DNA of 63,935 nucleotides, filler included, from Choristocarpus tenellus KU-1152 (GCA_964200185.2; 12 parts of 12 records of this genome joined end to end with filler, not necessarily neighbours in it); one strand, 5' to 3'. Shown: positions 40,940-54,588, counted from the whole stretch's first letter. Notes: generated by a model from the letters alone, not told the origin. Made by a program: numbers and translations.

Positions 40940-41384
40940 CTATCGTAAGTTTATAGTATTTATAGTATGGTATAGTATATACAGTGAGGTATCAGAACAA
41001 GTAAATAACAATGGATAAAATGGAANNNNNNNNNNNNNNNNNNNNNNNNNNNNNNNNNNNNNNNNNNNNTTAATTAATTAANNNNNNNNNNNNNNNNNNN
41101 NNNNNNNNNNNNNNNNNNNNNNNNNCTGCCCGTATTCGTCGACAAACATGGAGTGGAATAGGTGGAGGATTTGATCTGTCTTGGACTTCTTCCATGACCG
41201 GAGAGTGCTCCTATTCGTTGGTCTACCAACCCCCCGTTTCCTGAAAGGGGGATAGAGTAGTGGATATAAGTAGGTTGTTAAGGGGGGATGCTGGATGAGA
41301 TACGATTTGGAATTCGGAAGAGATGATCAAAATATGTCCTGGTCTAATTGAGTGGAAAGCACGCCAAACCATGTAGGGAAAATT

Positions 41385-42090
41385 GTAATGTTCTAAGACT
41401 TACTCCTTCTGAAGCACTGATGCCATTATTTTCAAATATTTCCTTACCAATGTAGATTTGACGGAAATCGGTATTTTCCCGAAATACTCTTTCATCTAGT
41501 TGTGTGGTCGCTACATTTTTCTCTGGACCAGCGTCGTTCGACGTTGGATTATAAAAATGCGAATCGTCTGCGTGTTTGTGGAAGAGGGAGAAATGATTTA
41601 TGCTGTCTTCTTAAGATCAGATTTTTGTCAAGAGGTGTTTCGACTTTTCCATTTTCGATATTCGCAATTCTTCCAAACGAAATGAAAAGGTTATTGTAGA
41701 AGCTTTACTCCTATGAAACACTGGTTCGATTATTCCTCCGATTTTATTTCCGACGTTGTTTTAACAGAAATCTCAAATGTTGGAAATACCATTTCATGTA
41801 GTTTTGTGGTGGTTAGATTTTCATCTCGACCAGCGTCGTTCGACGTTGGGTTATAAAAAATGCGAATCGGCTGCGTGATTGAGGAGGAAGGAAATAGTTT
41901 TATTCTTCACTCATAAAAGGATATTTTTGCCAAGAGGTGTTTGGACTTTTCCAATTTTTGATATTCGCTATTCTTCCAAAAGTAATAAGAAGGTTATCAT
42001 ACAAGCATTTACGCCTATCAAGCACTGGAGCAATAATTTCCTGCGATTTTATTTCTGATGTTGCTTCGAGGGAAATGTCCATTGTTAATG
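41385..42090. repeat. Diverged tandem repeat, 302-bp period (two full units plus a partial one)
   Basis: GACCAGCGTCGTTCGACGTTGG-TTATAAAAATGCGAATCG at 41526 and 41828. Downstream blocks CAAGAGGTGTTT, GATATTCGC-ATTCTTCCAAA and CGATTTTATTTC are collinear. Confidence 0.88.
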
Positions 42091-43630
42091 CCTTGCACCC
42101 TGTGGAGTTTCCGTACCGTGTGAGGCTGTGAAGATGACGTCATAATATGCGTCCAAGAACTTTTATCAAATATTTCATTTCGAAATCGTATAATACGGTG
42201 CGGGAATTTGAATCTTGTTTGGTACGTATCGACTATGAAGTATTCCAATATCATACATGGTGGTCATGGGGGGGTGAGCCATACCTTTTTGGGATTGAGG
42301 TGTGTCTGCGTTGAGAATCCGCGACTGGACCCCATGAGTTGGTAACGTACCGTAACGGCATTGGAGTGTCCATCCCACGTGTTAGAACCGATGGCTCTCA
42401 TCCCTTCGGTGTACAGGGGTGCACAGGCTTGTTAGGTGTTCTGCCTTGCTTGTGCCGGTGTTCGTTCTGCCTGATCGAAACGGTAAAGCAACAGTTGTGG
42501 GTCAAGGCTGCTGGATGTTCATTCCTTAAAATTATATAACATTGTTTTTTCATTTGTGCGGAATAAATTCCTTACGTTGGGGTGGATTTGAGGAGAGGGA
42601 CGGGGAAGGTGTGTAGGTAGTTTGGGGCACGTTAATCATATTGTAATGATTCCATTTGGATATTTTATGATTTCCTTATCGAATTAAACGTCTGGAGGAA
42701 GTTTTTGCTCTTCGAGAAAGTGCATCGACGTGAACTTCGAGTGTGAAATTGTGGATATGGCGAACGTGATTGGCTGGATACTTCATGATTTGAGAACAGA
42801 ACCATATTAATTGATTAATATCAATCTCCATGCGCGATTGGGGATTCCGACATAGAATCTATTACATCTGACATTCTTTCACTTTAAGGAAGGATATATT
42901 GGAAAGAGTAGTCAAAGACCGTTAGAATGTAGCAATATTCCAATATAAAAGAATAATATGTGGTATTAAAGAGCCAACGTAATCTGGCCCGAGAGGCAGT
43001 CATTTATATACTCTTTTAACAGCTGTGTGAACAATATATGTAGGTATAGGTTCGATTTCTTGTATTGGAGGATAACGGGACTTTGCCATGACGTCGTCGG
43101 CTCATTAATGCCTGGGTGACGTCTAATCATGTTACAAGATGTTTGCCTCACTTATTCCCATCAAAGAATTACCTGAGCATTTATCTTGCGAAAAACTGTG
43201 TGTGGCTGAGATGGGTATAGGATATGTTTGCAAAAATATATAGATCTTCCGCATTATCTAAAAAGAAATAAAAGTTGGTTTGACGTTTTTATGACACATG
43301 TATTTTCATGCAAGGTGTGCAGATATGAAACCTGATTGGTTCGAGGCACGACATGGGGTGCAATACGTAACGGATGCAGATGGGGTTGTTGTTCATATGT
43401 GTGTTTGCTAGGATTTGAATCAAACCATATGACATCATATGTAATCGTATATACCTCATATACGTATATAGGTACAACATACGTGTAGCTGGGAGGTGAA
43501 TATACAGCTCACCCTGTTCTGTATGAGAGAAGGAGGTGCATGGAAATCGGGACAGGAATCAACACACCCGTGGACAGCCTTCCATCCGGACCAGCGGCTA
43601 AGAGTCAAGCGTGCCTCTCCTTCCCCACAG

Positions 43631-43740
43631 GTCTCAGCTGCCCGTTTTGCAACGCGCCCACATCGACCCACTGCAAAGGGCAAAAACGGAAAGGCTTCGC
43701 AATTGCTGGAATCGAGGATGTCAAAAGCATCTGGCAACAA
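43631..43740 (+). other. Isolated exon-like segment
   Basis: CCTTCCCCACAG acceptor and GTGAGT donor. All three frames are open, one with CPFC...HC. No partner exon found. Confidence 0.25.
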
Positions 43741-46297
43741 GTGAGTTTGACGGCATGCATGTGCACAGTCCTTCCAGACCACCCAATACAATCGTGAAGA
43801 CGAATTTTTCCTTCCCCGCTACCACATGACACTATCGTAGAGAGTTGAATGATTTGCCTGATGAACCTCACTATCATCCGTCCAATTACAACACACAGAA
43901 TCGTGTGCAATTCGGAGCATTCAGCCTCGATCGTTCGTATTCCCCCCGCCCCTACACGGTTACTCTTGTACACATTTACACACCGTTTGAACCCTGGCTG
44001 ATACCTCCTGGTCCGACCGACGTTTGGAGGCTGAGACTGTATGACCCGTGCACTACTTACGATTTTATCATCCAATCTTTACCCCTAGCCATTAAGCAAT
44101 GCATTCACAACATGTTACGTGAAACATGTCGATCACCATATATCCCAATCTTCAGTGGCATCTGCGCGAGATTGAGCGATTGAGTTTCAGTAGTATTTGC
44201 TATGACCGTGTCGTCCTACAGTCAATATCCGAATGCCGGCATACTTTTCCAGGGGCTTAGTGGAAACCGGAATTTACAAATACCCTAAACACGGTAGGTT
44301 CTGTTTGCGGTGTTAAGACCCAACCATACCCCCATATTTCTTCTCCAAACCCTACTCTATACAACACCACCTTCCACGTTNNNNNNNNNNNNNNNNNNNN
44401 NNNNNNNNNNNNNNNNNNNNNNNNTTAATTAATTAANNNNNNNNNNNNNNNNNNNNNNNNNNNNNNNNNNNNNNNNNNNNTGTTTTTTTGGTTGGATTAA
44501 ATGTGTTTGAAGGGGGGGAGGAGGGTTGCATATCCCTGGGGGTATCAATTTTACATTAGATCATAAGAAAGAAACAGTAGCGTCCTGTTTTTTTTTAGGG
44601 GGAACGTATGCACCAAAATGTAAACATATGGGTGTGCACATTTGCCCCCTTTGGAAAGGTTTCTTCCAGGGGTGACGCTTGAGTTGCAAGCGTGGCCTTC
44701 AATGTGCATAGCTATCTTATATTAAAACCTTACCTTAGCAACATGAGCACACACAAGACAGGACGCATCCGTGCTTCCCACTGCCTCTGCTGGCATATAT
44801 ATTTGTCACTTTCAACATTAGTAGAAGATTAGTATTCTCGCATGCTTTCACTTTGCTCCATAGCAATTCTCACCATCATGGAAGAGCTCTATAGCTGTCA
44901 AAGGCTGATACACTACCGTTACTACTAAACCCTTTTCAAATTTGGAGATCTACGCCCGGTAAATTCCTCCTGTAGGAGAGCTTCCTAGACGCTCAAGGCC
45001 GGGGTATCATTGTTGGTTTGAGACTATACATTTTCCTCCTATGCACCGTGTGTAGTGTGCTACATTTACTTATTTCTTGGTGCTTTCCTTAGTCCTTACT
45101 GTAGTAGGGCACAGTTGTGAGGTGAGACTAAGCAGAGCAGAACTTTTTTAGTCTCTCAGCCAAGTGCTTTTGTAGGAGCAGGATGAAGTGCATTACAATT
45201 CGCATTTGTTGCACGCACGTTGTATACACACAACTCTAGTGCACCAATAAGAGAAGGACATGATAGGTTATGGTCAATCAGCACTAGTAGAATCTTAGAT
45301 ACTGTACAGTAGTGGTGGAAGAGCATATTAGCTGGACCCTTCTCAGGCGTTTCATCAGGCGTTTGGGCACTGTGTGCTCGTTATCTGTGCCATTGCAAAG
45401 TTGCCACTGTGGAAGTGCATGCCACATCATCAGCGGGTGATGAAGTAACTAACCATTGTACTGTCCTACGCACTGGACCAAGGGGGTGATCGTTCAGAGG
45501 TTACATGTTCCTTGATACTCTAGTAGCACCATTTGACACTGTTTTCCCACTACCATAAGTCATCACACTCATTCTCAATGGATTTTTTGTCAAGTGTACG
45601 GGTGACCTTACCAACCTGTATGGGTTTGTATTCACCCAATCTGCCCAGTGCAAGTGGACAATGTTGAAATGTGCTTGCAGTGTGTGTGGATGCATATAGG
45701 GGTCCAGATGCCGTTACACAATAAGAGACCTTTCGCTGCTCAAACAACCATAGGAGGCTGGACGTGTTCTGACCCTCTTGTTGCAAGGAGGTTGATGTAG
45801 TTGTTGAATGGACCACCCACAGTACAGCACCAACATCATGACTAGACCGGAATGGGCTACTTATGAAGACCCTCAAGGACCAGGATCAGGGTTAGGGTTT
45901 GTTCCATGGCCCTCGCACACAAAGGGTGAGAAGGCTTGGGTTGTAGTTGTCCGATCACACTGGCTGGGAACAAGAGTGCAGGCTTGCCCACCTCCACAGT
46001 GTTGTGTCCAATATGCCATTGACATGGAATGCTTACTTCCCTTTGGCAATGCTAAATATAATTCAAAAGAGGAGAGGCTACATGCAGAGTGCTCTAGCAA
46101 TACCAGAAGAGGTGAAGAGGAGGGCTGTGCACGCGGATCAGGGAAAAGGTGTCCCCGAAGGGGGGGGGGGGGGGGGGGGGGGGGGGAGGAGAAAACGTGG
46201 GGAGGCGTGGGGGGGGGGGGTTGTTTTTTTCTTTTTTTTTTTTTACAAATAGCTTCTCCNNNNNNNNNNCCCGCCTCTGGCGGGGGGCGGGGCGGGG

Positions 46298-46340
<43 letters not shown>

Positions 46341-47381
46341 GCTAGTAGACAACTTGGACATGCCTGTGGAGAAGTGGTCTCTGTCTACATTTTGTGCATT
46401 ACGAAATTGCTACCTCAGACAATTCGAGCCATGCAATAGTTGTGATTGTGAAGAAATGACAGGCCAGTGCCCTTCCAGTCAAGATACGTGCAAGACATTG
46501 CATCATGGCAATATGGTTAGACTATGGATAGAAAAGAGTGGGGGGTTATCTGATGATACTTTCGACGATTATCTGGTTCAAACTTTGCTAGATACATACA
46601 TGTGTACATGCATATTTTACCTTGGTATTCAAGTCAGGAGGCTAGGGTTTGATCATAGTATGGGGGAAATGGCGCGGAGACATGTCTTTCCCTAGGAAAG
46701 AGCCTACAGACTAGAGTTCTACGTAGATAGCTTTTGGGATGAATTGGACAGATTATGCCTCATCTTTATAGTAAGTGCCATTTTTTCCCTGTCTTCAGTC
46801 AGACCCTAACCAAGGAAGCGGATACAGCCAAAAAAATGATGGCGCTGATTTTTGAAGCATCAAATATTGGTATCACCAGTTACAAGGGGGTTAGCGGATC
46901 AGTATGAGGTTGTAACTTATACCACCAGTATACAGATATAGTGGCGGCGGTATCCACTCAATACATCGTACCATCGTTGTCTGTTTCACAGTCATGCCGT
47001 TCCACCTACTCCATCAATTCTGTATTTACTTCCCTAACCCTGACCCAAAGCCCAAGTCTACCTTAACGCTCAACCTCACCCCCCCAAAGAATAGAAATAA
47101 CATGGTCAGAAATGGTCAATTCATTCTAAGTGTTGCCTCACAGTAGAGTGTAAGGTGGTTACTGCAGGTAAGGATATACAGCCTCAAGAGTGACCACCGT
47201 GAAGACAACGAAGTGGACAGGGTTGCACCGGAATTGCAGACCGTTGTGCAGACTTGAGCTTGAGCTCGGCAAAAAATATGTAATTGAGATGGGTCAAATC
47301 CGTCGGGTGTTTTTGCTCTGTTCTCCTCTATACATGGGAAGTGCTAACATCCTCTGCTTTGTGTGAAATGGTTGCATCTAG

Positions 47382-48361
47382 GTGTACACCAGTTATGAGC
47401 TGTGCTGCGGGACAGGGACCGGGATTGGTGATGGGATCACCCCCCTTGAGAGCTCCTTTGGGATGAGTGGGGCGAAGACATACACATCCCTTGAGGTGAT
47501 TGCCATGAATATATAATCTGTTGTAGTTACACACGTTGTATCGTGTTTATGCTCTTCTGTAGCGGTGCCATGTCCCTTTGTTGTATGGGGGCGCACAGGC
47601 AGAGTAGTTGCCATAATAGCCTACCTCCACTCTGTGTGTTGTTTTGATGGTTGCTTAAGGACATGATGGAAAAGATGTTCGATTGGAATGTCTGTACCTT
47701 CAAACCAACTCATGAGATGTGATTAAGATTGGAGATGTCATCATGTCCAACATCTTCACTTGCCTCCTGTCAGTCATAGACCAACCTCAAAGCCACATGT
47801 GCTCATTAAATAGCTACCAGTATATCTTGATTTTGTCTTAGGTGAAAACAATCAAGTTAATCAATATGACAAACTTGGGGCAGGCAGACTGACTGACGGG
47901 CACAGCATTGGCCATAACTGTTGTTGCGACTGGTTTCGGAAGGGTCAATTGACACGAGTTATTGTGTTGAGGTTGCAACATGCTGACGTTACACATTGTC
48001 CACATAGACGACCTCTGGCAGCCAATATTCCCACACTCCCTACGTCCTAACCCTCTTTGGCTGCTTACATATTATCCTTCTTGGCCTATGGTGCTGCTGT
48101 TGGGGGGTGGCTTAATTTCTATGACAGGGTGTGTACCACTCTGGGGGCTTTAGTGGCCCCTGGTACGGAAGTGATAGTGTGATCGATCAGTGGCTGCAGC
48201 CGGTGCTCAACAATTTGAGCTTGCAAACCAGCAGACACCCGACAGATTCCACACCAATGCACACAGGAACTACTAGGGATGAAAATGTTGACAGGATTCG
48301 GACTGGGATCTTCAGCTTGGGTGGTGTTGAGGATGAGGGCATGTCAGAGGAAGTTATGTGA
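47382..48361 (+). CDS. Alpha/beta-hydrolase (lipase/esterase, PGAP1-like plant/cyanobacterial type), last two exons (47382-47495, 48128-48361)
   Basis: Spliced: VYTSYELCCGTGTGIGDGITPLESSFGMSGAKTYTSLE / GVYHSGGFSGPWYGSDSVIDQWLQPVL...*. It matches the family pattern SYxxxCG...GDGxxP...LEGVYHS...PWYGS...W, which carries the catalytic Asp and His. Confidence 0.8.
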
Positions 48362-49957
48362 ATAGATTTTTTATATGTTTATAGCAGAAGAAAATGGAAT
48401 TAGGAAGAGGGGTGAGAGGTGGGGGAGGTAAGTACCCCGATGTTTGTTGTACATACTTACATCGTATGTGTTTTTTGTTCTTTTTGAATTTTTTGTTCTA
48501 TTTTCTCTCTGCTTGGATGTACTTTGATTTCCTTGGTTGGAGAAAGGTTAGGGGGTTTTGCTATCCGCAAAGTGAACTGAGCCCAAACTGCACTGGAAGT
48601 ACTTGTCAATGAGGCACTGGCTGGAAGTGTGAGGTCCCAAGCATGTACTATATTTCTGTCTCCACGGTGTGTTGATTTCCTGAGACCCCAAGAATCTTCG
48701 CATCATGTTTTCATGAGAGTGGGTGCTTCAGCGGGGATGCACACAAGGGATAGAGTATTGATAGCCATATTGCTTCTGGATCTGTTTCTCTGAATGTCGT
48801 GATTTTCTACACCAAGCTAGGACCCATGCTTCTAGTTGGGGTATTCATATTTTAAGGAGGAAGGGAGAATAGACGTTGCATTCTCTTTGTCATATATAGG
48901 ATTGAGTTCAGTTGTTGGTGAGTGATTGTGCCAAACCCAGACCACTGGCTGTACTTGTAGCACATTTTAGCAGGGCATTAAAGCAAGGCATACACGTATA
49001 AACTTTGGGAGTTATGCTACCATGGTTTTACACGTGCATGCAGGATATGTATTTCACATCTATCATGCAAAGGGAGAGTCCTTGGGCAGATAGGCGCCAT
49101 TCTGTGAGTGTGCATGTAATTGGGTAAAGATCATAGAACTGATTTTGAGGGGCTGACTTGCAGTGTCGTTATCTGGGATAAACTGCGAGGGCAGGGTATG
49201 ACCCAGCGTTGCTAGCGGATTTGCTTGCTTACATTAATTGTTGATGTTTAAACTATAATAATTATATTGATGAGAAATCTGATCCTGTAATTTGGAGTGG
49301 AGAACTATAGAGTACAAGAGGATATGAATACTTTTACAAAACCAGACTGCATGGAATGGAAGTGAAATTATTTCAAAGGAACCTGTTCGTGTGCTGGCAC
49401 CTGGCGGGACAATACAGCTTGACAAAAATCTGGATCTAATAAATCGTTTTCAGCAGTTCTCCCTAGTTGTGAGGCATATTCATTTTTTATATTTATTACA
49501 GTTTCTGCACAAGGTGCCTTGTCACAATACCCTCAGTTGGACACCATCTCATGGGCAGTGAGCGATTAGAATAACAACAGTGGATGTAAGGGCTCCTGGC
49601 ATGGTCAAGTCAAGCATCACTACCTCCAAAAAAGATTCGAGTTCAAACGTGATTTTGGGTATCAATTCTCCTGCAATTTATTACAAGTATGCTTACCTCT
49701 TTGCCCACATAGTGAGACAAATGATTGATACGAATAGATGAGTTTGTCCCTGTATTTTACTTACTCTCTATTCTCTGTGGATCTGCCTCCTAGGTCTTCT
49801 CAATACTCCTACAGCTCAATCTTGTCATCCTGTGGTTGTGGGTTGACATTTCCGTGCTGAGAGATCCTAGGTTTCGTGGTGAGTGCAGGCACAGATAGGT
49901 TCGACTGACAGTTGTATCTAGTATCGGCAAGGTAGTAATACCCACACATTTCATAGA

Positions 49958-50215
49958 GAGTGGAAGTACCTTAGAGGGTCCGAGTTTTGCCGTTTGTCCA
50001 TTTGGGGCTTGGCTTCCCATGGTCTCTTTTTATGGCATATTCCTACTCCAAAATGTATAGGAGTAGGTAAAATGTATACGTTGTGGAAAGGTGTGTCCGG
50101 AACAAGGATATTGACACTTCCTAACAAACATCATAGCAAAAATTTCATCAAAATCACAACATTGGATTTTGGTCCCCAAATGGGCACGGCCCTACCCTCT
50201 AAGATACTTTGGCTC
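49958..50215. mobile_element. MITE family A, full length (258 bp), TSD AGA
   Basis: AGA|GAGTGGAAGTACCTTAGAGGGT...ACCCTCTAAGATACTTTGGCTC|AGA. Confidence 0.92.
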
Positions 50216-50749
50216 AGAGAGCCAGCGCACGTATGAATTGGGTAAATACGTTACACTGCGAATCTCCACTCTTCAGTTAACATTACAAAGTTACCTACCG
50301 TTTTTTGCCACGGCAACCTGCTACCATAGAAAGCTTCCCCTCAAATACTCGTTGTGGGCTTCCCGTATTTCCATTTTCGTTCCTCAATCAACCAACTGGT
50401 TGCAGCATCTGCAAGATATGAGTGGACATAATGTAATCAGTATGCGATCTTCCATGTAGGGACTCTCTCCAGTGCAGCCATTGCCCCTTACGAAAAACGG
50501 GGATTACTCTTGGATGTGACTTTCGCTGAGGTTCAAGCAGACTGTCACCTCCCACAAACATCAACCAACAGTGGCTTCGTTCCTGCTGCAGCTGAGCTCC
50601 AAAAGCCTAACCGTTACGGGGGATCTTCTATCCTCTTCATCATATATTTAACCTCAGCAGGTTCACGGTAGAATCCTTTAGGTAGAATAACTTCTGGATG
50701 AGCTACCGACTCGTGTTGTAGGTGGCAGGGGAGGTAAGCGTATTAGTAT

Positions 50750-50892
50750 TATATTATTATGCCCTGTGACATTTTGCAGATGTGTTAAGGGAAAAACCAA
50801 TGAAAACTATTCACACGTCAGAAAAATCCCTCAAAAAGTATCATTTGTCGTAAAATGTGAAAGATATTCATCTATTTAAAATATTACTACCA
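50750..50892. repeat. Local duplicate of 51565-51890 without the MITE (empty site)
   Basis: TTATTATGCCCT-TGACAT...AAAAACCAATGAAA-CTATTCACA-GTCAGAA...ATTCATCTATTTA is present in both copies. Confidence 0.85.
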
Positions 50893-51690
50893 GCTGCGCA
50901 GTACCACTGCCTTCCTGTACCTCCAACTTAGCTTAGTCCTGCACCCCAGGGTAAGGAGGTAGGGAAGCATCCCAAGAATCTGACAACGCCCTCCTCGCCC
51001 ATCTTCCTGGTGTCTCCAGCGTATAACGCATGACACGTCATTAGTACCATTAGTATATTACTATTAGTAAACGTACTAGTATCGTGGAAAGGGAGGAATT
51101 GATTATATTTCTGCGATAGAATGTGTCAGATTACTGCTCCACTGGCAATCTCTAGACGAGTTTTGCGTTTCAAACTGGAGATTCCAAGTCAATGGGGTTG
51201 GAGAGGCTTAACAGATTCATGGGCGGCTTCTTCCCTTGCTTCTCGTTTACTTTCATAGCGTCCGTGTTGGAGATGCTTTCAACGTTTAGTGGTTTCTACT
51301 TTTACGTACACTACAACTCTGATTGGTGTGTTTATTTTATAGTCCTCTCCTGCTGCTGTTGTTGTGTTCATTCTATTCCTTGCATGGTATTTCCTCTTCT
51401 ACAATCTCTGTTTTATTACTACAATAGTCTTTTATTGCTTATTTCCTTTGTGTTTCCTATTTGTCTACTTCACTATCTCTGCAACATTGAGGTAGGACAT
51501 AATAACATACTACGTATTACAAAATTGCTAGATTGCACAAATACACACGAAAGTCCATACATCTTTTTATTATTATGCCCTCTGACATCTTACAGATGTG
51601 TCAGGAGAAAAACCAATGAAATCTATTCACATGTCAGAATTATCCCTAAAAAAATAACAGTTGTCATCATCAATGTGAAAACATTCATCT

Positions 51691-51868
51691 GGTTCAAAGC
51701 ATCTTGGGAGGGTGGCGGCTGTCCATTTGGGGTCAATTTCTCATGTCCCGATCTTTGGGTGATTTGGTTGCATACGTCTAATGGAAAATGTAAGTGCACC
51801 TTTCCTGGTTATGGTCCAAATGGACACCCTGGTGTAGACCGCCCCCCGCCCCCCAGATACTTTGGGTC
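51691..51868. mobile_element. MITE family B, full length (178 bp), TSD TCT
   Basis: TCT|GGTTCAAAGCATCT...CCCCAGATACTTTGGGTC|TCT. The paralogous empty site has a single TCT at 50871-50873. Confidence 0.92.
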
Positions 51869-52027
51869 TCTATTTACTATTTTACTACCAAATATATATA
51901 TTGTTATCCATGCATCATACATACACTATAATACGAGTATATAGTTGTCCAATACGCGTTGTTGAAAGCCGAAAGGTAGTAAAAAAAGGGCATAAAAACT
52001 GATTCAGAAAGGAGATGTTTATCGAGT

Positions 52028-52800
52028 AATCTGAGTTTTGTGGGTGGAAGAATTCTGGTTGGTTGTGGGCACAGGGGAAGGGTGGGGACAAGAAAGAAAG
52101 AAAATGTGGCAAGAGGGTGAACGAAGAGTTAAATACTGAGTGGTTAAGAGAGGGAGGAGCGAAGTTAAAGAAATGGGTGGGAGGTGGAGGCAGAAGAGAA
52201 GAAGGAATGGTCAGTATTGAACTAGAAAGTAAACCTGGGGCTGGTGTGGCAGGACAAGGAGGGCTAGATCAAGACGACCCCTGAGCAAGCTTTCCCGCCC
52301 ACCCACCCTGTCGCTTGCTCACGACCGACTGATATGCTGGGGAGGGAGGGAATGTCAAGTTCGGGCGGGGTAGATGTCTTCTAGCTCAAAGGCACGGTAT
52401 GAAGGGGATGATGAAGGGGTGTTCTTGGAATGGCGTAGAGTGGAGTGGTAACTGGTGTGGGGTTAAGTGGGGTTGAAGGGTGTGGTAGTGACCGGAAATC
52501 AGTGGCGAATGGGTCACACTGGTTGGTTATCAGATGTGGGGGGTGACTGGAAATCAGTGGCAAAGGGGGTTCGCCCTGGTTGGTCATCAGAGGTGAGCGT
52601 TGGCTGGAAATCAGTGGCGAAAGGGGTTCGCATTGGTTGGTCATTGCAAAAGGGGGGGAGAGGACGGGAAATCAGTGGCGAAGAGGTCGCACTGGTTGGT
52701 CACAAGGGGTGATAGAATGTGGGGAGGAAAGGCAAAGGGGGGGAATGCAAACATAGAGTAAAATAATAATAATCCAGAATTCGTGTCCAAAACAAAAGGC
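52028..52800 (-). repeat. Second copy of the 2095-2962 dispersed repeat
   Basis: Reverse-complement similarity, with four subrepeats of about 57 bp versus three in the other copy. Confidence 0.8.
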
Positions 52801-53169
52801 TATTATACTGGGTAATATAATACGATACTATACTTACCACAAAATTAAGAAAAGCAGTGAAAACTAAATAATAGAACCCAGGTAACACAGAGAAACCCAC
52901 GTGCAACACAATAAGACCCACTACTTAAAATAGGACATTAGTACCGTCAGTGCACATTGCCAGGTCCTATGGGAAAAGGGGGATAGGAAGACAGGAGTTC
53001 CAGCGTCACACCAGGTCCATCTATTCAGAACACTGTTCATGACATGACGCAAAAAGACATGAAAGGAAATGAAAGATAGGGATGCAAGAATATAAAATGT
53101 TGAGAAAGGGACGATGAGAGAGCAGTAATCAACAGACGGTGGTGGGTGCGAAAAATATCCCGCAAAATA

Positions 53170-53545
53170 TGCCATTAACCGCTTGGGGCGCCTTAGCTTT
53201 TACTTCAGCATGATGTTCATCAGGTAGCACAACTTCCTTGCAATGTCATTAGTCCAAGTGGCACGTTGTGCTGTCTGCGACACACTCTTACAACCTGTGT
53301 TGGTTGATTTCCCATATCCTCCATCCCTCAACTGCGATCCCAAACTTGTCAAGGTCATTAGGCACATCCATCCACCAATTCTTTTTTGTCCACCTTGCTT
53401 CCGTTTTCCACCTCCAACCTCCCCAAACACCATATTTGGAAGTCGCTCATCCCTCCTGCGCGCAACTGACCCTACAAACAGGAGTCTCCGTTTTCGTACA
53501 CTCACCTCGCTACTCTCACACCGAAGTAGGGATCTGACGGGCTTT
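53170..53545 (-). mobile_element. RTE-clade LINE 3' end remnant
   Basis: CESSEVSVRKRRLLFVGSVARRRDERLPNMVFGEVGGGKRKQGGQK matches the RTE C-terminal RxRRLxxxGHVxRMxxxRLPKxxxxGEL...GGQxK pattern. Confidence 0.8.
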
Positions 53546-54588
53546 ACTAACTGGGGACCTCTATGTTGTGGCATAGTACAGTCAGCTATAGAAGCAACGG
53601 TGGGCGGTAGGACGATAGCCTGCTATCCTTCTATCGCTAGTCACTATGGGCTACTGTGTGGCGCAATGTTGTGCTTTATTAACGGGGGGGGGGTAGATAG
53701 TGGATCGTTCCGGTTGTAGGCAGTTCATCTCTGTCGATTGCGTGGTACACTGTATAGGGTTAGGGTGTTTGAAGTAATAACACGTGTGCCTTGGGGTATA
53801 ATGTTGTCATTCTAAATGGTTGTGTTGTAAGGTCTACTATCTGTGTATGGAGATAGTAGTGATGGCACGTAGGGGGGGGTATGTTGTGATTGGAAGTATT
53901 ATGACTATTTCTATTACTAGTGCGGGTTAGCTCAATGCAGTGTTGATCCAAGAATTTCCATATGTTGTTGTGGTAGTAGTAGGTGTTGTGGGTTACGGGA
54001 TGGAGCAGTCCACTTTGCTTCTTTTTTTTTTGCTCCTTTTTTTTTTAAGTCTGACGTGTGTGTTGTGTGTGTGTGTTTTACTGTAATGTTGTAGTCTCTT
54101 GGGTGGGTTTTGTATTTCCCCTTCTCCCTCTCTACTTTCTTATTCTTTTTTGGGACAGGACTACTCCTGGTGCAGTGATAATAATATTATTATTATCATT
54201 GCTATTGTTTTGGAGAGGTGATGTAAGGGTGAGCCCTGGTGGTACATATATTTTTAGTGTTCATAAAAATACTAATACTGATGGTGCTGGAGTGGTGGTA
54301 GTTAGGCAGGTGGGTGTAGATAGCATTTGTTATTTGGGTTGTACTTAGAACAACCCCTCAGACCTTCATGGCTTTTATTTGATGAGTCACCTCTTTCTCA
54401 GACCAGAAAGCACATAGGAATTTTGTTCATTGAAAGTAGTATCAATACGTAATTAATCTCACTGCTTGTTTCATAAATCGGTCCTAACAGGTGTTTAGTG
54501 GGTTTTTGAATTATTACCCAATATCATTTTATTAGTAGTAGTACCCCCATACCATTATTTTTTATTAGCACCCAATATCATTCAATAA

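Noticed and set aside
41528-41547. tRNA gene or SINE (GTTCGA)
   Set aside because: No A box or cloverleaf could be built around it.
45808-46695. 295-aa Gly-rich ORF and the antisense poly-Pro ORF
   Set aside because: Built on poly-G runs around a 10-N gap, probably low-quality or poly-G sequencing artefact. The same applies to about 26302-26480, 27520-27670 and 28725-28805.
44960-47200. Upstream exons of the alpha/beta-hydrolase
   Set aside because: Several AG/GT-bounded candidates exist, but none shows the expected GHSxGG or LGTPH motif, so none was called.
51192-51944. 250-aa hydrophobic ORF
   Set aside because: Low-complexity T-rich sequence that reads straight through a MITE insertion. 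No domain recognised.
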